NCBI GenBank assembly: GCA_963816355.1 | Contig: CAWFKH010000003.1 | Coordinates: 1,472,001 to 1,536,000, forward strand | Origin: an uncultured Gemmatimonadales bacterium | GTDB lineage: Bacteria; Gemmatimonadota; Gemmatimonadetes; Longimicrobiales; RSA9 | DNA length: 64,000 nt | Reading direction: 5' to 3' | Shown here: in pieces, positions 1 through 8,783 of the stretch | How the letters are laid out: each line of letters starts with the position of its first letter | Numbering within the stretch: position 1 is the first letter of the stretch | Program-made: the position numbers and the translations under genes | Notes under the pieces: generated by a model | The model's input: only the letters and a program-made list of their open reading frames with translations | Database searches by the model: none | Told to the model about the DNA's origin: nothing

Positions 1-1334
1 TCGTCGTACCACTTCTCCATGCGGCGCGCGATGAGCACCGTCTCGGCGCCGCGTGCCGCCGTGCGGCCGAGCGTCGAGAAGAGGGCGGCGGGCGGCGCGC
101 CGAGCTTGCCGAGCGCCTCGTTGACGATCGACCGCGTGTCCTCGTGGCCGGACGCGTAGGCGACGAGCATGCGCGCGAGCGGGCCGACCTCCATGGGGTG
201 GCCGTCGTAGCGGGGCGCCTTCATCCAGGTGTACTTGTCCTGGTCCTGCAGGTAGGTCCACGGCGCCTGCGGCCCGGTGTATTTCGGCTTCGTCTCGCCC
301 TCGAACGGGTGGAGACCCGCTTCGCCGTCGCCGTCGTACTCGTACCAGGAGCTGTGGATGTACTCCTTCACCTTCTCCTGGTCGTAGGGCAGGACCTGCG
401 AGAGGTCCTTGTTCATCACGATGCCGCGGGGCAGGTACAGCCTGTCGTAGTCCTTGATGCCCGCCTCGGGGAACTCGCCGCACGCCAGGTAGTTGCCGGT
501 GCCGCCGCCGATCGCCGCCCACTCCTTGTAGAAGCCTGCGATGGCGACGAGGTCCGGCCAGTACACCTGCTCGACGAAGCGACGCGCGCGCGTGATCATG
601 TCGCGCACTTCGATGAGGCTCGCGGCGTTGATCGTGGCGGTGTCGGACAGGTTGATCGCCGAGGCCATGCCGCCGACGAGGAAGTTCGGGTGCGGGTTCT
701 TGCCCCCGAAGATCGTGTGCAGGCGGATGACGTCGCGCTGCCAGTCGAGCGCCTCGAGGTAGTGCGCGACGGCCAGCAGGTTCACGGCGGGCGGCAGCTT
801 GTAGGCCGGATGGCCCCAGTAGCCGTTGGTGAAGATGCCGAGCTGACCGGACTTCACGAACTTCGCGACGCGGTCCTGCACGTCCCTGAAGTGCGTGGCG
901 GAGTTGTTCGGCCACGGTGAGATCGACGCGGCGATGCGTGCCGTGTCCGCCGGATCCGCCTGCAGCGCGCTCACGACGTCCACCCAGTCGAGCGCGTGCA
1001 GGTGGTAGAAATGGATCACGTGGTCCTGGATGAACTGCATCCCGATCACGAGGTTGCGGATCGCCTCCGCGTTCGGCGGCACCGTGATGTCGAGCGCGTC
1101 CTCGACCGCGCGGCAGGACGCGACCGCGTGCACCACAGTGCATACGCCGCAGATGCGCTGCGTGAAGGCCCACGCGTCGCGCGGGTCGCGGCCGTTCATG
1201 ATGATCTCGATGCCGCGGAACTGCGTGGCCGACGCCCACGCATCCGCGATCCTGCCGTCCTCCGCCTGGACCTCGATCCGGAGATGCCCCTCGATCCGCG
1301 TGATCGGGTCGACGACGACCTTGGTGCGAGCCAT
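1..1334 (-). CDS. hyaB: Group 1 [NiFe]-hydrogenase large subunit (5' part; runs off window start)
   Basis: Manual translation from ATG at 1334: MARTKVVVDPITRIEGHLRIE..., L1 motif QRICGVCTVVH, HFYHLHALDWVD, GGKNPHPN, WMKAPRYDGHPMEVGPLAR; directly follows the small subunit. Confidence 0.95.
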   Translation of the reverse strand, partial: MARTKVVVDPITRIEGHLRIEVQAEDGRIADAWASATQFRGIEIIMNGRDPRDAWAFTQRICGVCTVVHAVASCRAVEDALDITVPPNAEAIRNLVIGMQFIQDHVIHFYHLHALDWVDVVSALQADPADTARIAASISPWPNNSATHFRDVQDRVAKFVKSGQLGIFTNGYWGHPAYKLPPAVNLLAVAHYLEALDWQRDVIRLHTIFGGKNPHPNFLVGGMASAINLSDTATINAASLIEVRDMITRARRFVEQVYWPDLVAIAGFYKEWAAIGGGTGNYLACGEFPEAGIKDYDRLYLPRGIVMNKDLSQVLPYDQEKVKEYIHSSWYEYDGDGEAGLHPFEGETKPKYTGPQAPWTYLQDQDKYTWMKAPRYDGHPMEVGPLARMLVAYASGHEDTRSIVNEALGKLGAPPAALFSTLGRTAARGAETVLIARRMEKWYD

Positions 1335-1336
1335 TT

Positions 1337-2473
1337 TCACACCTCCCCGGACTCGGGCGGATTCACGACCGGCAGCTCGCCCCTGCGCTGCCGGACACGG
1401 TGGACGCCGGTCGCGACGGCGTGCGCCGCGACGCCCGCGGTCGCGCCGATCGCGAGCGCGGCGCCGAGCGTGTCGGCGGTGCGTTCGATGCCGAAGCCGG
1501 CGACCTGGGGCATGCGGCCGTAGAACGGCGTCATCGTGTCCCAGAAATGGCGCTCCGTGCAGCCGATGCAGGGATGGCCCGCGCCGATCGGCCAGCTCGT
1601 GGAGCTGTTCCACATGAAGATCGGACACGGCGAGAACGTCGCCGGGCCCTTGCAGCCGACGCGATACAGGCACCACCCCTTGCGGGCCGCCTCGTCGTCG
1701 AACACCTCGACGAACTGCCCGGCGTCGAAGTTGGCGCGCCGCGAGCACTGGTCGTGGATGCGCGCGCCGTAGGCGAAGAGCGGCCGCCCTTCCCCGTCCA
1801 TGTCCGGCAGACGGCCGAACGTGAGGAAGTGCACGATCGTGGCGGAGACGGTCTTCGCGATCGGCGGGCAGCCCGCGATCGTCGCGACCGGCTTGTCCTT
1901 GATCACGTCCGCGATGCCGACGGCGCCGGTCGGGTTCGGCCGCGCCGACTGCACGCTGCCGAAGTGCGCGCATGCGCCGACCCCGATCACGGCCGCCGCG
2001 CCCGCGGCCGCCTCCTCCAGAATCGACTTCGCCGTGCGGCCGCCGATCATCGTGTAGATGCCGTTCTCCGCGAGCGGCACCGAGCCGGTCACGAGGAGGA
2101 CGTACTTGCCCTGATTCTCCCGCATCGCCTGCTGCAGGGCGCCCTCGGCGGCGTCACCCGCCGCGGCCATCAGGTTTTCCTGGAAGTCGAGAGAGACGAG
2201 GTCGAGCACGAGGTCACCGATCGTCGGGTCCGCCGTGCGCAGGACGCTCTCGGTGCAGCCGGTGCACTCCTGAAGCGAGAGCCAGACGACGCTGGGCCGC
2301 TTCAGCTCCTGCAGCGCCCGGGCGACCTGCGGCGTGAGCGCCGAGCCGACGCCGAGGACCGCAGCCATCTCACCGCAATACGTGAGAAACTCACGACGCG
2401 ACACCCCGCGCTTCTCGAGGTGCTCGCCGAGCGTCTCCCCTTCCACCCACGGATGCGAAGTGGGGAAGTACAC
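1337..2473 (-). CDS. hyaA: [NiFe]-hydrogenase small subunit, Tat-exported, C-terminal membrane anchor
   Basis: Tat motif SRREFL, ECTGCTES, GCPP, HDQCSRR, CLYRVGCKGP, GHPCIGC; C-terminal hydrophobic helix with His. Confidence 0.95.
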   Translation of the reverse strand: MYFPTSHPWVEGETLGEHLEKRGVSRREFLTYCGEMAAVLGVGSALTPQVARALQELKRPSVVWLSLQECTGCTESVLRTADPTIGDLVLDLVSLDFQENLMAAAGDAAEGALQQAMRENQGKYVLLVTGSVPLAENGIYTMIGGRTAKSILEEAAAGAAAVIGVGACAHFGSVQSARPNPTGAVGIADVIKDKPVATIAGCPPIAKTVSATIVHFLTFGRLPDMDGEGRPLFAYGARIHDQCSRRANFDAGQFVEVFDDEAARKGWCLYRVGCKGPATFSPCPIFMWNSSTSWPIGAGHPCIGCTERHFWDTMTPFYGRMPQVAGFGIERTADTLGAALAIGATAGVAAHAVATGVHRVRQRRGELPVVNPPESGEV

Positions 2474-2585
2474 GGGACGCCTTTCCTTTCCGCGATGTCA
2501 TCGCATTCCGGAAGCCGCGAACCCGCCGGACCTTTCCGGCGCCCTCCCGTGTGGATGCGTCGAAACGGCGGTCGGATCGAAAGGC

Positions 2586-2653
2586 AAGGTACGGACGCCG
2601 TAGCGCCCAATCAGTCAGGACATCGCCGTGATGTGAGTAGGGGAAAGCCCTTC
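2586..2653 (-). promoter_or_regulatory. Putative hydrogenase promoter: -10 TACCTT plus two imperfect 5-N7-5 palindromic boxes
   Basis: TCAGG-N7-CGTGA (2615-2631) and GTAGG-N7-CCTTC (2637-2653); same geometry as at 11171-11238. Confidence 0.45.
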
Positions 2654-2685
2654 GCCCGCTCACGCGCGCGTGAGCGGGCGAAGGG
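2648..2685. terminator. Perfect 38-bp palindrome; likely terminator of the V-ATPase operon
   Basis: CCCTTCGCCCGCTCACGCG|CGCGTGAGCGGGCGAAGGG, about 80 nt downstream of the subunit D stop; followed by CTTT on the minus strand. Confidence 0.6.
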
Positions 2686-2767
2686 TCTGCGGTCCGCGGA
2701 GGCGGTCCGGGGGAACGGCGTCTGCGGTACGGGGTCTCGGGGAACGGCATCCGCAGACCCCGGACCG

Positions 2768-3451
2768 TTACACGCCGTCCTCGTCTCTCGCCGCCATCCC
2801 GCGGCGGACCCCACCCGCCGCTCCGCGCGACCGCCTCACGAACCGCCGCAGCCTCAGCTTCTCCTCCCGCTCGCGCTGCTCCAGGGTGGCGCCGATGCGG
2901 GAGATCTGGCGTTCGAGCGATGGCGCCACGCGCTGTTCGAGGGCGTGGACCTGACGCGAGGTCCGCGCGAGCGCGGCGCCGAGGCGGCGCATCATCATCT
3001 CGCGTGGCGCCGCCGAGACCAGCAGGTCGACGAGCGTCTCGAACTCGTCCGCGGCGTCGACGGTCGAGAGAGGGGTCGCCCCCGGCGCCGTACCGCGCGC
3101 CTCCAGCGTCCGCCGGATCGGCGGCGCGCCGACGACGTCGGCCACCGGGACACCCCACAGCTGGAGCGTGCGGATATCGAGCTCGATCTCCCTCGCGGGC
3201 CAGCCGGACGCGCGCGTCGCGTCGGTGCCCTCCGCCGTCAGCGCGCGGAGCAGCGCCGCGTAGGCGCTTTGCCCACGCTCGGCGATCGCTTCGCGGGCGT
3301 CGATCGCGGGGCGGGCGAGACGGAACAGCTCGCCGACGAGCGCCTCGCGCTTTCGCCGCAGGAGGTCGCGCCCTTTCTCGACGCGCGCGAGGCGACGGCG
3401 CGCACCGAGCAGTCCCATGCGCGTGGGAGGGAAGTCGCCGGCCCGGCTCAC
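2768..3451 (-). CDS. atpD: V/A-type ATP synthase subunit D
   Basis: PTRMGLL...KGRDLLRRKREAL and RTSRQVHALEQRVAP...LEQREREE, typical of subunit D; last gene of the operon. Confidence 0.9.
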   Translation of the reverse strand: MSRAGDFPPTRMGLLGARRRLARVEKGRDLLRRKREALVGELFRLARPAIDAREAIAERGQSAYAALLRALTAEGTDATRASGWPAREIELDIRTLQLWGVPVADVVGAPPIRRTLEARGTAPGATPLSTVDAADEFETLVDLLVSAAPREMMMRRLGAALARTSRQVHALEQRVAPSLERQISRIGATLEQREREEKLRLRRFVRRSRGAAGGVRRGMAARDEDGV

Positions 3452-3470
3452 GTCGCCACTCCGATCCTGC

Positions 3471-4856
3471 TCACGCGGTCTCCGTGCGCGCGCGGCGCGC
3501 GGCGAGTACGACGTCCGGGATGCGCGCCAGGTCCTCGTCGGGCAGGGTCTCGAGCAGACGCCAGCCGGCCTCGATCGTGTCGCCGATGGAGCGCCGCACC
3601 TCCCCCTGTCCGAGGAACTCCTCCTCGAACCGTGCGGCGAAAGCGAGCGCCCTTCGATCCGCTTCCTGCAGGCCGGTCTCGCCGAGGATCGCGGCGGTGA
3701 GGCGCGCCTCGCGGCCGCGGGCGTAGGTGGCGTAGAGCTGATTGGCCCACTGCCGATGCTCCGGGACGGTGCTCCCCTCCCCGATCGCGGCGTTCATGAG
3801 GCGAGAGAGCGAGGGCAGCACGTCGACGGGCGGAAAGACGCCGCGTCGATGGAGCTCGCGGTCGAGCACGATCTGGCCCTCGGTGATGTAGCCGGTCAGG
3901 TCCGGGATCGGGTGCGTGATGTCGTCGTCCGGCATCGTGAGCACGGGGATCTGCGTGAGAGATCCGGAGCGGCCCTCGATCATTCCGGCGCGCTCGAAGA
4001 GGGAGGCGAGGTCCGTGTACATGTAGCCGGGATAGCCCTGCCGCGCCGGGATCTCCTCGCGCGCCGCCGCGATCTCGCGCAGCGCGTCGCAGTAGTGCAG
4101 GATGTCGGCGAGCACGACGAGGACCTGATAGCCGTGCTCGAAGGCGAGGTACTCGGCCTGCGCGAGCGCGACGCGCGGCGCCAGCAGGCGCTCCATCGCC
4201 GGGTCCCGCGTCTGGTTCAGGTACAACACGCTGCGCTCGAGCACGCCGCCGCGCTCGACCCGGTCCAGGAAGCCGCGCGTCTCGCGCTCGGTGATGCCGA
4301 GGCCGACGAAGATCACGGCGAACGCCTCGTCGCGCGGCGCGCGGGCCCACTCGACGACGCGGGCGGCGACCTCGAGCGCGGGCAGCCCCGGGCCGGAGAA
4401 GACCGGCAGCTTCTGGCCGCGCACCAGGGTGTTCAGTCCGTCGATCGCGGACAGTCCGGTCTCGATGAAGCGGGACGGCGGGATCCGGCGCACCGGGTTG
4501 ATCGCGCCCGGCGTGATCGGGCGGATCGCCTCGCCCACGGGGGCGGGCAGGCCGTCGAGCGGATCGCCCGATCCGGTGAGCGCGCGGCCGAGCAGGTCGC
4601 GGCCGACCGTCGCCGTCGCCACCTCGCCGGTCAGCGTCGCCTCCACGCGGGCAGGTGGCATTCCGAGCGTGTCGTCGAGGACCTGGACGACGGTGAGATC
4701 CGCGCCCGCCTCGATCACCTGGCCGCGGCGCTCCGCCTGTCCGTCGACGTGCAGGCGCACCCACTCCCCCAGCGCAACGCCGGGCGCGCCGTCGAGGAAG
4801 AGGAGCGGTCCACCGGCGCCGCGGGCGCCGTGGTGGATGCGCGGCGGGATTCTCAT
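3471..4856 (-). CDS. atpB: V/A-type ATP synthase subunit B
   Basis: GQKLPVFSGPGLP, EEIPARQGYPGYMYTDLA, DITHPIPDLTGYITEGQI; ATGA overlap with the subunit A stop. Confidence 0.95.
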   Translation of the reverse strand: MRIPPRIHHGARGAGGPLLFLDGAPGVALGEWVRLHVDGQAERRGQVIEAGADLTVVQVLDDTLGMPPARVEATLTGEVATATVGRDLLGRALTGSGDPLDGLPAPVGEAIRPITPGAINPVRRIPPSRFIETGLSAIDGLNTLVRGQKLPVFSGPGLPALEVAARVVEWARAPRDEAFAVIFVGLGITERETRGFLDRVERGGVLERSVLYLNQTRDPAMERLLAPRVALAQAEYLAFEHGYQVLVVLADILHYCDALREIAAAREEIPARQGYPGYMYTDLASLFERAGMIEGRSGSLTQIPVLTMPDDDITHPIPDLTGYITEGQIVLDRELHRRGVFPPVDVLPSLSRLMNAAIGEGSTVPEHRQWANQLYATYARGREARLTAAILGETGLQEADRRALAFAARFEEEFLGQGEVRRSIGDTIEAGWRLLETLPDEDLARIPDVVLAARRARTETA

Positions 4857-6613
4857 CGCGACGTCGCCTTTCCCGCGAGCGCCTCGATCTCGGCCTCCAC
4901 GTCCGCCGCGCGCGCGTCGGCGGCGTCCGGCGCCGCGTCGCGGAGCCGGATCAGCGCGTGGCGGACCGGCTCGAGGCGCAGCGCGTCGAGGGACGCGCCC
5001 TCCTCGAGACGGCGCTCGGCGGCGTGGTGGAACGCGCGCGCCAGGCGCACGAGGCGGTACGTCTTGGCGACGGGGGAAGCGGCGTCGTTGGCATCGAAGG
5101 CGCTCTGCGAAAGCACCGCTTCGCGGACGACGCGCGCCGCCTCGAGGAGCAGTCGCTCTCGCTCCTGCAGGGCGTCGACGCCGACGAGGCCGGCGATGTC
5201 GCGCAGCTCCCGCTCGCGCTGAAGCAGCTCGATCGTCTCGCGGCGAAGGTCGCTCCACTCCGGTCCGCCATTCTCGCGGAACCACGCCGCGGTCTGCTCG
5301 GTGAAGAGGCTGTAGCTCGTCTCCCAGTCCACCGCCGGGAACTGGCGCTGATGGGCGAGGCCGGCGTCGAGCGCCCAGAGCGTTCCCGCGACGCGCAGCG
5401 ACGCCTGCGTCACCGGCTCGGAGAGGTCGCCGCCGGGCGGCGAGACGGCGGCGATGACGGTGAGCGCCCCGCCGCGTTCCGGCTCGCCGAGCAGGACGCC
5501 GCGCCCCGCGCGCTCGTAGACCTTTCCGAGGCGGTTGCCGAGGTAGGTCGGGTAGCCTTCCTCTCCCGGCATCTCCTGCAGCCGGGAGCCCATCTCCCGA
5601 AGCGCTTCCGCCCACCGCGAGATGCTGTCCGCGAGGACCGCCACACGGCATCCCATGTCGCGGTAGTACTCGCCGATCGTGACGCCCAGGTAGATCGACG
5701 ATTCGCGTGCCGCGACCGGCATGTTCGACGTGTTCACGACGAGGACCGTGCGCTCCATGATCGAGGCGCCGGTCCGTGGATCGCGCAGCGCCGGCAGCTC
5801 CGTCAGCACCTCCGCCATCTCGTTGCCGCGCTCGCCGCACCCGACGTAGACCACGACGTCGGCGTCCGCGAAGCGGGCCAGCGACTGCTCGACCACCGTC
5901 TTTCCGGTGCCGAAGCCGCCCGGAAGCGCGACCGCGCCTCCCTCCCCCGCCGGAAAGAGGAAGTCGAGCACGCGCTGGCCCGTGACGAAGGGCCGGTCGA
6001 CGCGCAGCCTACGGCGCAGCGGCCGCGGCACGCGCAGCGGCCAGTCCTGCCAGAGGTGGAGCGGGCGCCCGTCGCCGAGCGTCCCGATCGCGGCGTCGGT
6101 GCGGTACTCGCCCGCGTCCAGCTCCGCCACTTCGCCCTGCACTTCCGGCGGTACCATCACCGCGTGCCGGAAGGCACCCTCGAGCACGACGCCGAGGACA
6201 TCGCCACCGGCCACCGGGGCGCCGGGACGAAGCGCCGGCTCGAACCGCCACACACGCGCCGGATCGAGCGTGGGCGCGGTGATGCCGGGCGGAAGGAAGT
6301 CCCCGGCGGCCGTCGCGATGCGGCCGAGCGGACGGCCGAGCCCGTCGAGGACGGCGCCGAGCAGGCCCGGACCGAGGCGCACCGCCAGCGTCCGGCCGGT
6401 GGGCCGCACCGGCTCACCCACGCGCAGGCCGCCCGTGTCCTCGTAGACCTGGAGCGTCGCGCGGTCGCGGAACACCTGGACCACTTCCCCGAGCAGGCCG
6501 CGCTCGCCCACCTGCGCCAGCTCGTACAGCGCCGCGCCCGGCAGCGGCCCGGCCTCCGCGAGGGAGCCGCTGATGCGCAGCACGCGGGCGGGACCGTCCG
6601 GAACGACGCTCAT
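4853..6613 (-). CDS. atpA: V/A-type ATP synthase subunit A (catalytic)
   Basis: Walker A GGFGTGKT, GCGERGNEM, NTSNMPVAARE, EMPGEEGYP. Confidence 0.95.
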   Translation of the reverse strand: MSVVPDGPARVLRISGSLAEAGPLPGAALYELAQVGERGLLGEVVQVFRDRATLQVYEDTGGLRVGEPVRPTGRTLAVRLGPGLLGAVLDGLGRPLGRIATAAGDFLPPGITAPTLDPARVWRFEPALRPGAPVAGGDVLGVVLEGAFRHAVMVPPEVQGEVAELDAGEYRTDAAIGTLGDGRPLHLWQDWPLRVPRPLRRRLRVDRPFVTGQRVLDFLFPAGEGGAVALPGGFGTGKTVVEQSLARFADADVVVYVGCGERGNEMAEVLTELPALRDPRTGASIMERTVLVVNTSNMPVAARESSIYLGVTIGEYYRDMGCRVAVLADSISRWAEALREMGSRLQEMPGEEGYPTYLGNRLGKVYERAGRGVLLGEPERGGALTVIAAVSPPGGDLSEPVTQASLRVAGTLWALDAGLAHQRQFPAVDWETSYSLFTEQTAAWFRENGGPEWSDLRRETIELLQRERELRDIAGLVGVDALQERERLLLEAARVVREAVLSQSAFDANDAASPVAKTYRLVRLARAFHHAAERRLEEGASLDALRLEPVRHALIRLRDAAPDAADARAADVEAEIEALAGKATSR

Positions 6614-6933
6614 TGCAGCCTCACCCGGTAGCCGATCGCCCGCCTCAGGATCTCCGCGACGTAGGCGGCCGCGCCACCCGGCAGCCGCGAGCCCGACGGT
6701 GCGGGCAGGGGAACGATCATCGGCAGCGCTCCCCGGCCGGCGCGCGCGACAGCGTCCTCCGGAATCAGGTCCTCCTCGAGCAGGATGAGGCCGACGCCGC
6801 CATCCGCCGCCAGCTCCCGGATCCGCGCCTCCGCCTCCTCCGGCGACGTGCACGGCAGCGCCGTCACCCCCGCGAGCGCGAAGCCCGCCGCCAGCGCCGG
6901 GCGGCACACGGCGCGCACCTTGTACGTCGTCAC
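6610..6933 (-). CDS. atpF: V/A-type ATP synthase subunit F
   Basis: GFALAGV near the N-terminus and ILRRAIGY at the C-terminus; about 107 aa; GTG start overlapping the subunit C stop. Confidence 0.85.
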   Translation of the reverse strand: MTTYKVRAVCRPALAAGFALAGVTALPCTSPEEAEARIRELAADGGVGLILLEEDLIPEDAVARAGRGALPMIVPLPAPSGSRLPGGAAAYVAEILRRAIGYRVRLQ

Positions 6934-7949
6934 GGGGACACCAGCTCGCTCGCCAGCGAGGTCCGCTCCGCGCCCAGCTCGATGCCCCACGCGATCCGGC
7001 GCACGTCCGTGATCTCGCCGCGCAGGCGCAGGACATAGGCGAGCAGCGGCGCCGGACCCAGCGGCTCGCGCCGCGCGCGGCGCACTGCATCCCGCGCCAG
7101 GCCGCGCAGGATCGCGTCCTCCACCCCGCCCCGCCGCTTCGCGGCCGGTCGCGTCGCCTCCGCGAGCGCCGGGTCGACGACAGCGTCGGCGAGCACGGCG
7201 GCGGCCGCGTCCTGGTCCTCCGCGCGCGCCGCGGCGACGAAGGCCGCCCGCTCGATCGCCGCGCCGCCCTCATGGAACGTCGTCTCGGGATCGCGGTCTG
7301 CGCCTTCACGAGCCAGCATGAGCGCCGCCAAGAGGTTCTCCGCGTCCACCAGCCGGCGCACGTGCGCAACGAGGGCGCGGCCGCCGCGCCGCGCCACCGC
7401 GAGCGCCCGCGCCAGGAAGGTGGCGGCGAGCGTGTGGTCGATGGCGAACAGGTCGGGGTGCGCGCCGCCCGCATGAGCGAGGATCGGGGAGCCGTACGGG
7501 CTGCCCCACGCGACGAGCGTCGCCGCGACGGCCCCCGGCGTGGAGAGCCGCGACAGCCGCTGCAGCGCCCCCTCCGGCAGCGCCAGCGTGGGCACCAGCC
7601 CCGCGACCCGCAGCTCCGGCGGGACGCCGCCGGCCGCCCCGCGGACGAGCGCCCGGATGCTGCGCCGGTCCTCATCCTCGAAGAGGAACGCCGTCGCATC
7701 GCCGTGGCTCCGGAGCCACGGCGTGAGGATCCGCAGGCGGGCGGCGGCGAGCCGGCGGCCCGCGCGATCGATGTCGGCCGCCGCCGGCCGCTCCGGCAGC
7801 GCGACCGTCGCGTACTCCGTCTCGCGCAGCGCCCGCGCCAGCGCGGCGTGGTCGGAGAGCGCCGCCAGCCGGCGCAGCGCCTCGGCGCCGATCAGCCGCG
7901 AAGAGAGCCCGCGCGCCCGCGCCACCACCGCCTCCCACCCCGCGCTCAC
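6930..7949 (-). CDS. atpC: V/A-type ATP synthase subunit C (d/AC39)
   Basis: ARARGLSSRLI start, C-terminal PLLAYVLRLRGEITDVRRIAWG; operon position. Confidence 0.85.
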   Translation of the reverse strand: MSAGWEAVVARARGLSSRLIGAEALRRLAALSDHAALARALRETEYATVALPERPAAADIDRAGRRLAAARLRILTPWLRSHGDATAFLFEDEDRRSIRALVRGAAGGVPPELRVAGLVPTLALPEGALQRLSRLSTPGAVAATLVAWGSPYGSPILAHAGGAHPDLFAIDHTLAATFLARALAVARRGGRALVAHVRRLVDAENLLAALMLAREGADRDPETTFHEGGAAIERAAFVAAARAEDQDAAAAVLADAVVDPALAEATRPAAKRRGGVEDAILRGLARDAVRRARREPLGPAPLLAYVLRLRGEITDVRRIAWGIELGAERTSLASELVSP

Positions 7950-8542
7950 GCGACGCCTCCAGACTCGAGGAGGCGTGCCACTTCCTGCTCCAGGCGGGGC
8001 CGGAGCTGCCGCAAGCGCGCGGCGAGCGTCTCGTCGACGACCAGCGCGCCACCCCTCGCCGCCACCCGAAAGCCGGCGCCCACGGCGGCGTCGGCGCGCA
8101 CGTCGACGCCGTCGCACCCGCCCTCCGCGGCCGCGCGGCGAAGCGGTTCGGCGAGCGCGCCGGGGCAGCGGACGACGGCGTCTGCATCGTCCACGAGGGC
8201 GAGCGCCGCGGCGAGGCGGCGCGGGAGCTGTCGCATGTATTGCGGCGATTCGGCCGCCGCGCCCAGGGCGGCTTCCGCCTCCGCGAGGACGCGCTCGACG
8301 ACGCGCCGCAGGGCGAGGAGCCGGTCGGCGCGGGCGCGCTGCAGCGCCGCGCCGAGCTCGGCGGCGTGACGCTCGCGCGCTTCCGCTTCCGCTTCCGCGA
8401 GATGACCCTCCTTCTGCCGCTCGCGGCGAGAGCGGGCGGCCGCGCGGATCGCCTCCGCCTCCGCAGTGGCGGCGGCCAGCGTCGCCTCGACGCCCCGCGT
8501 GGCTTCGGCGCGCAGCGTCGTCAGGAGTTGCTCGAGCGGCAA
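7946..8542 (-). CDS. atpE: V/A-type ATP synthase subunit E
   Basis: N-terminal coiled coil, C-terminal GF...VVDETLAARL; operon position. Confidence 0.8.
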   Translation of the reverse strand: MPLEQLLTTLRAEATRGVEATLAAATAEAEAIRAAARSRRERQKEGHLAEAEAEARERHAAELGAALQRARADRLLALRRVVERVLAEAEAALGAAAESPQYMRQLPRRLAAALALVDDADAVVRCPGALAEPLRRAAAEGGCDGVDVRADAAVGAGFRVAARGGALVVDETLAARLRQLRPRLEQEVARLLESGGVA

Positions 8543-8561
8543 GGTCGTCGCTCCCGCGCGC

Positions 8562-8783
8562 TCAGGCGCCGCCGCGGAAGAGGATCAGCACGGCCACGAC
8601 GAAGCCGAGAATCACCATCGTCTCGGGGATGGCGACCAGGATGATCATGGTTCCGCTCAGCTCCGGCTTCTCGGCCAGCGATGCCGCGCCGGCCGCACCG
8701 ATCTTCGATTGCGCCCAGGCGGTGGCGAGTGCCGGCAACCCGACCGCGACCGCGGCGCTCAACGTGATCCAGACGATGTCCAT
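8562..8783 (-). CDS. atpK: V/A-type ATP synthase subunit K/c (single-hairpin proteolipid, 73 aa)
   Basis: MDIVWITL...AWAQSKIGAAGAASLAEKP...AIPETMVILGF; ion-binding Glu in PET. Confidence 0.9.
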   Translation of the reverse strand: MDIVWITLSAAVAVGLPALATAWAQSKIGAAGAASLAEKPELSGTMIILVAIPETMVILGFVVAVLILFRGGA

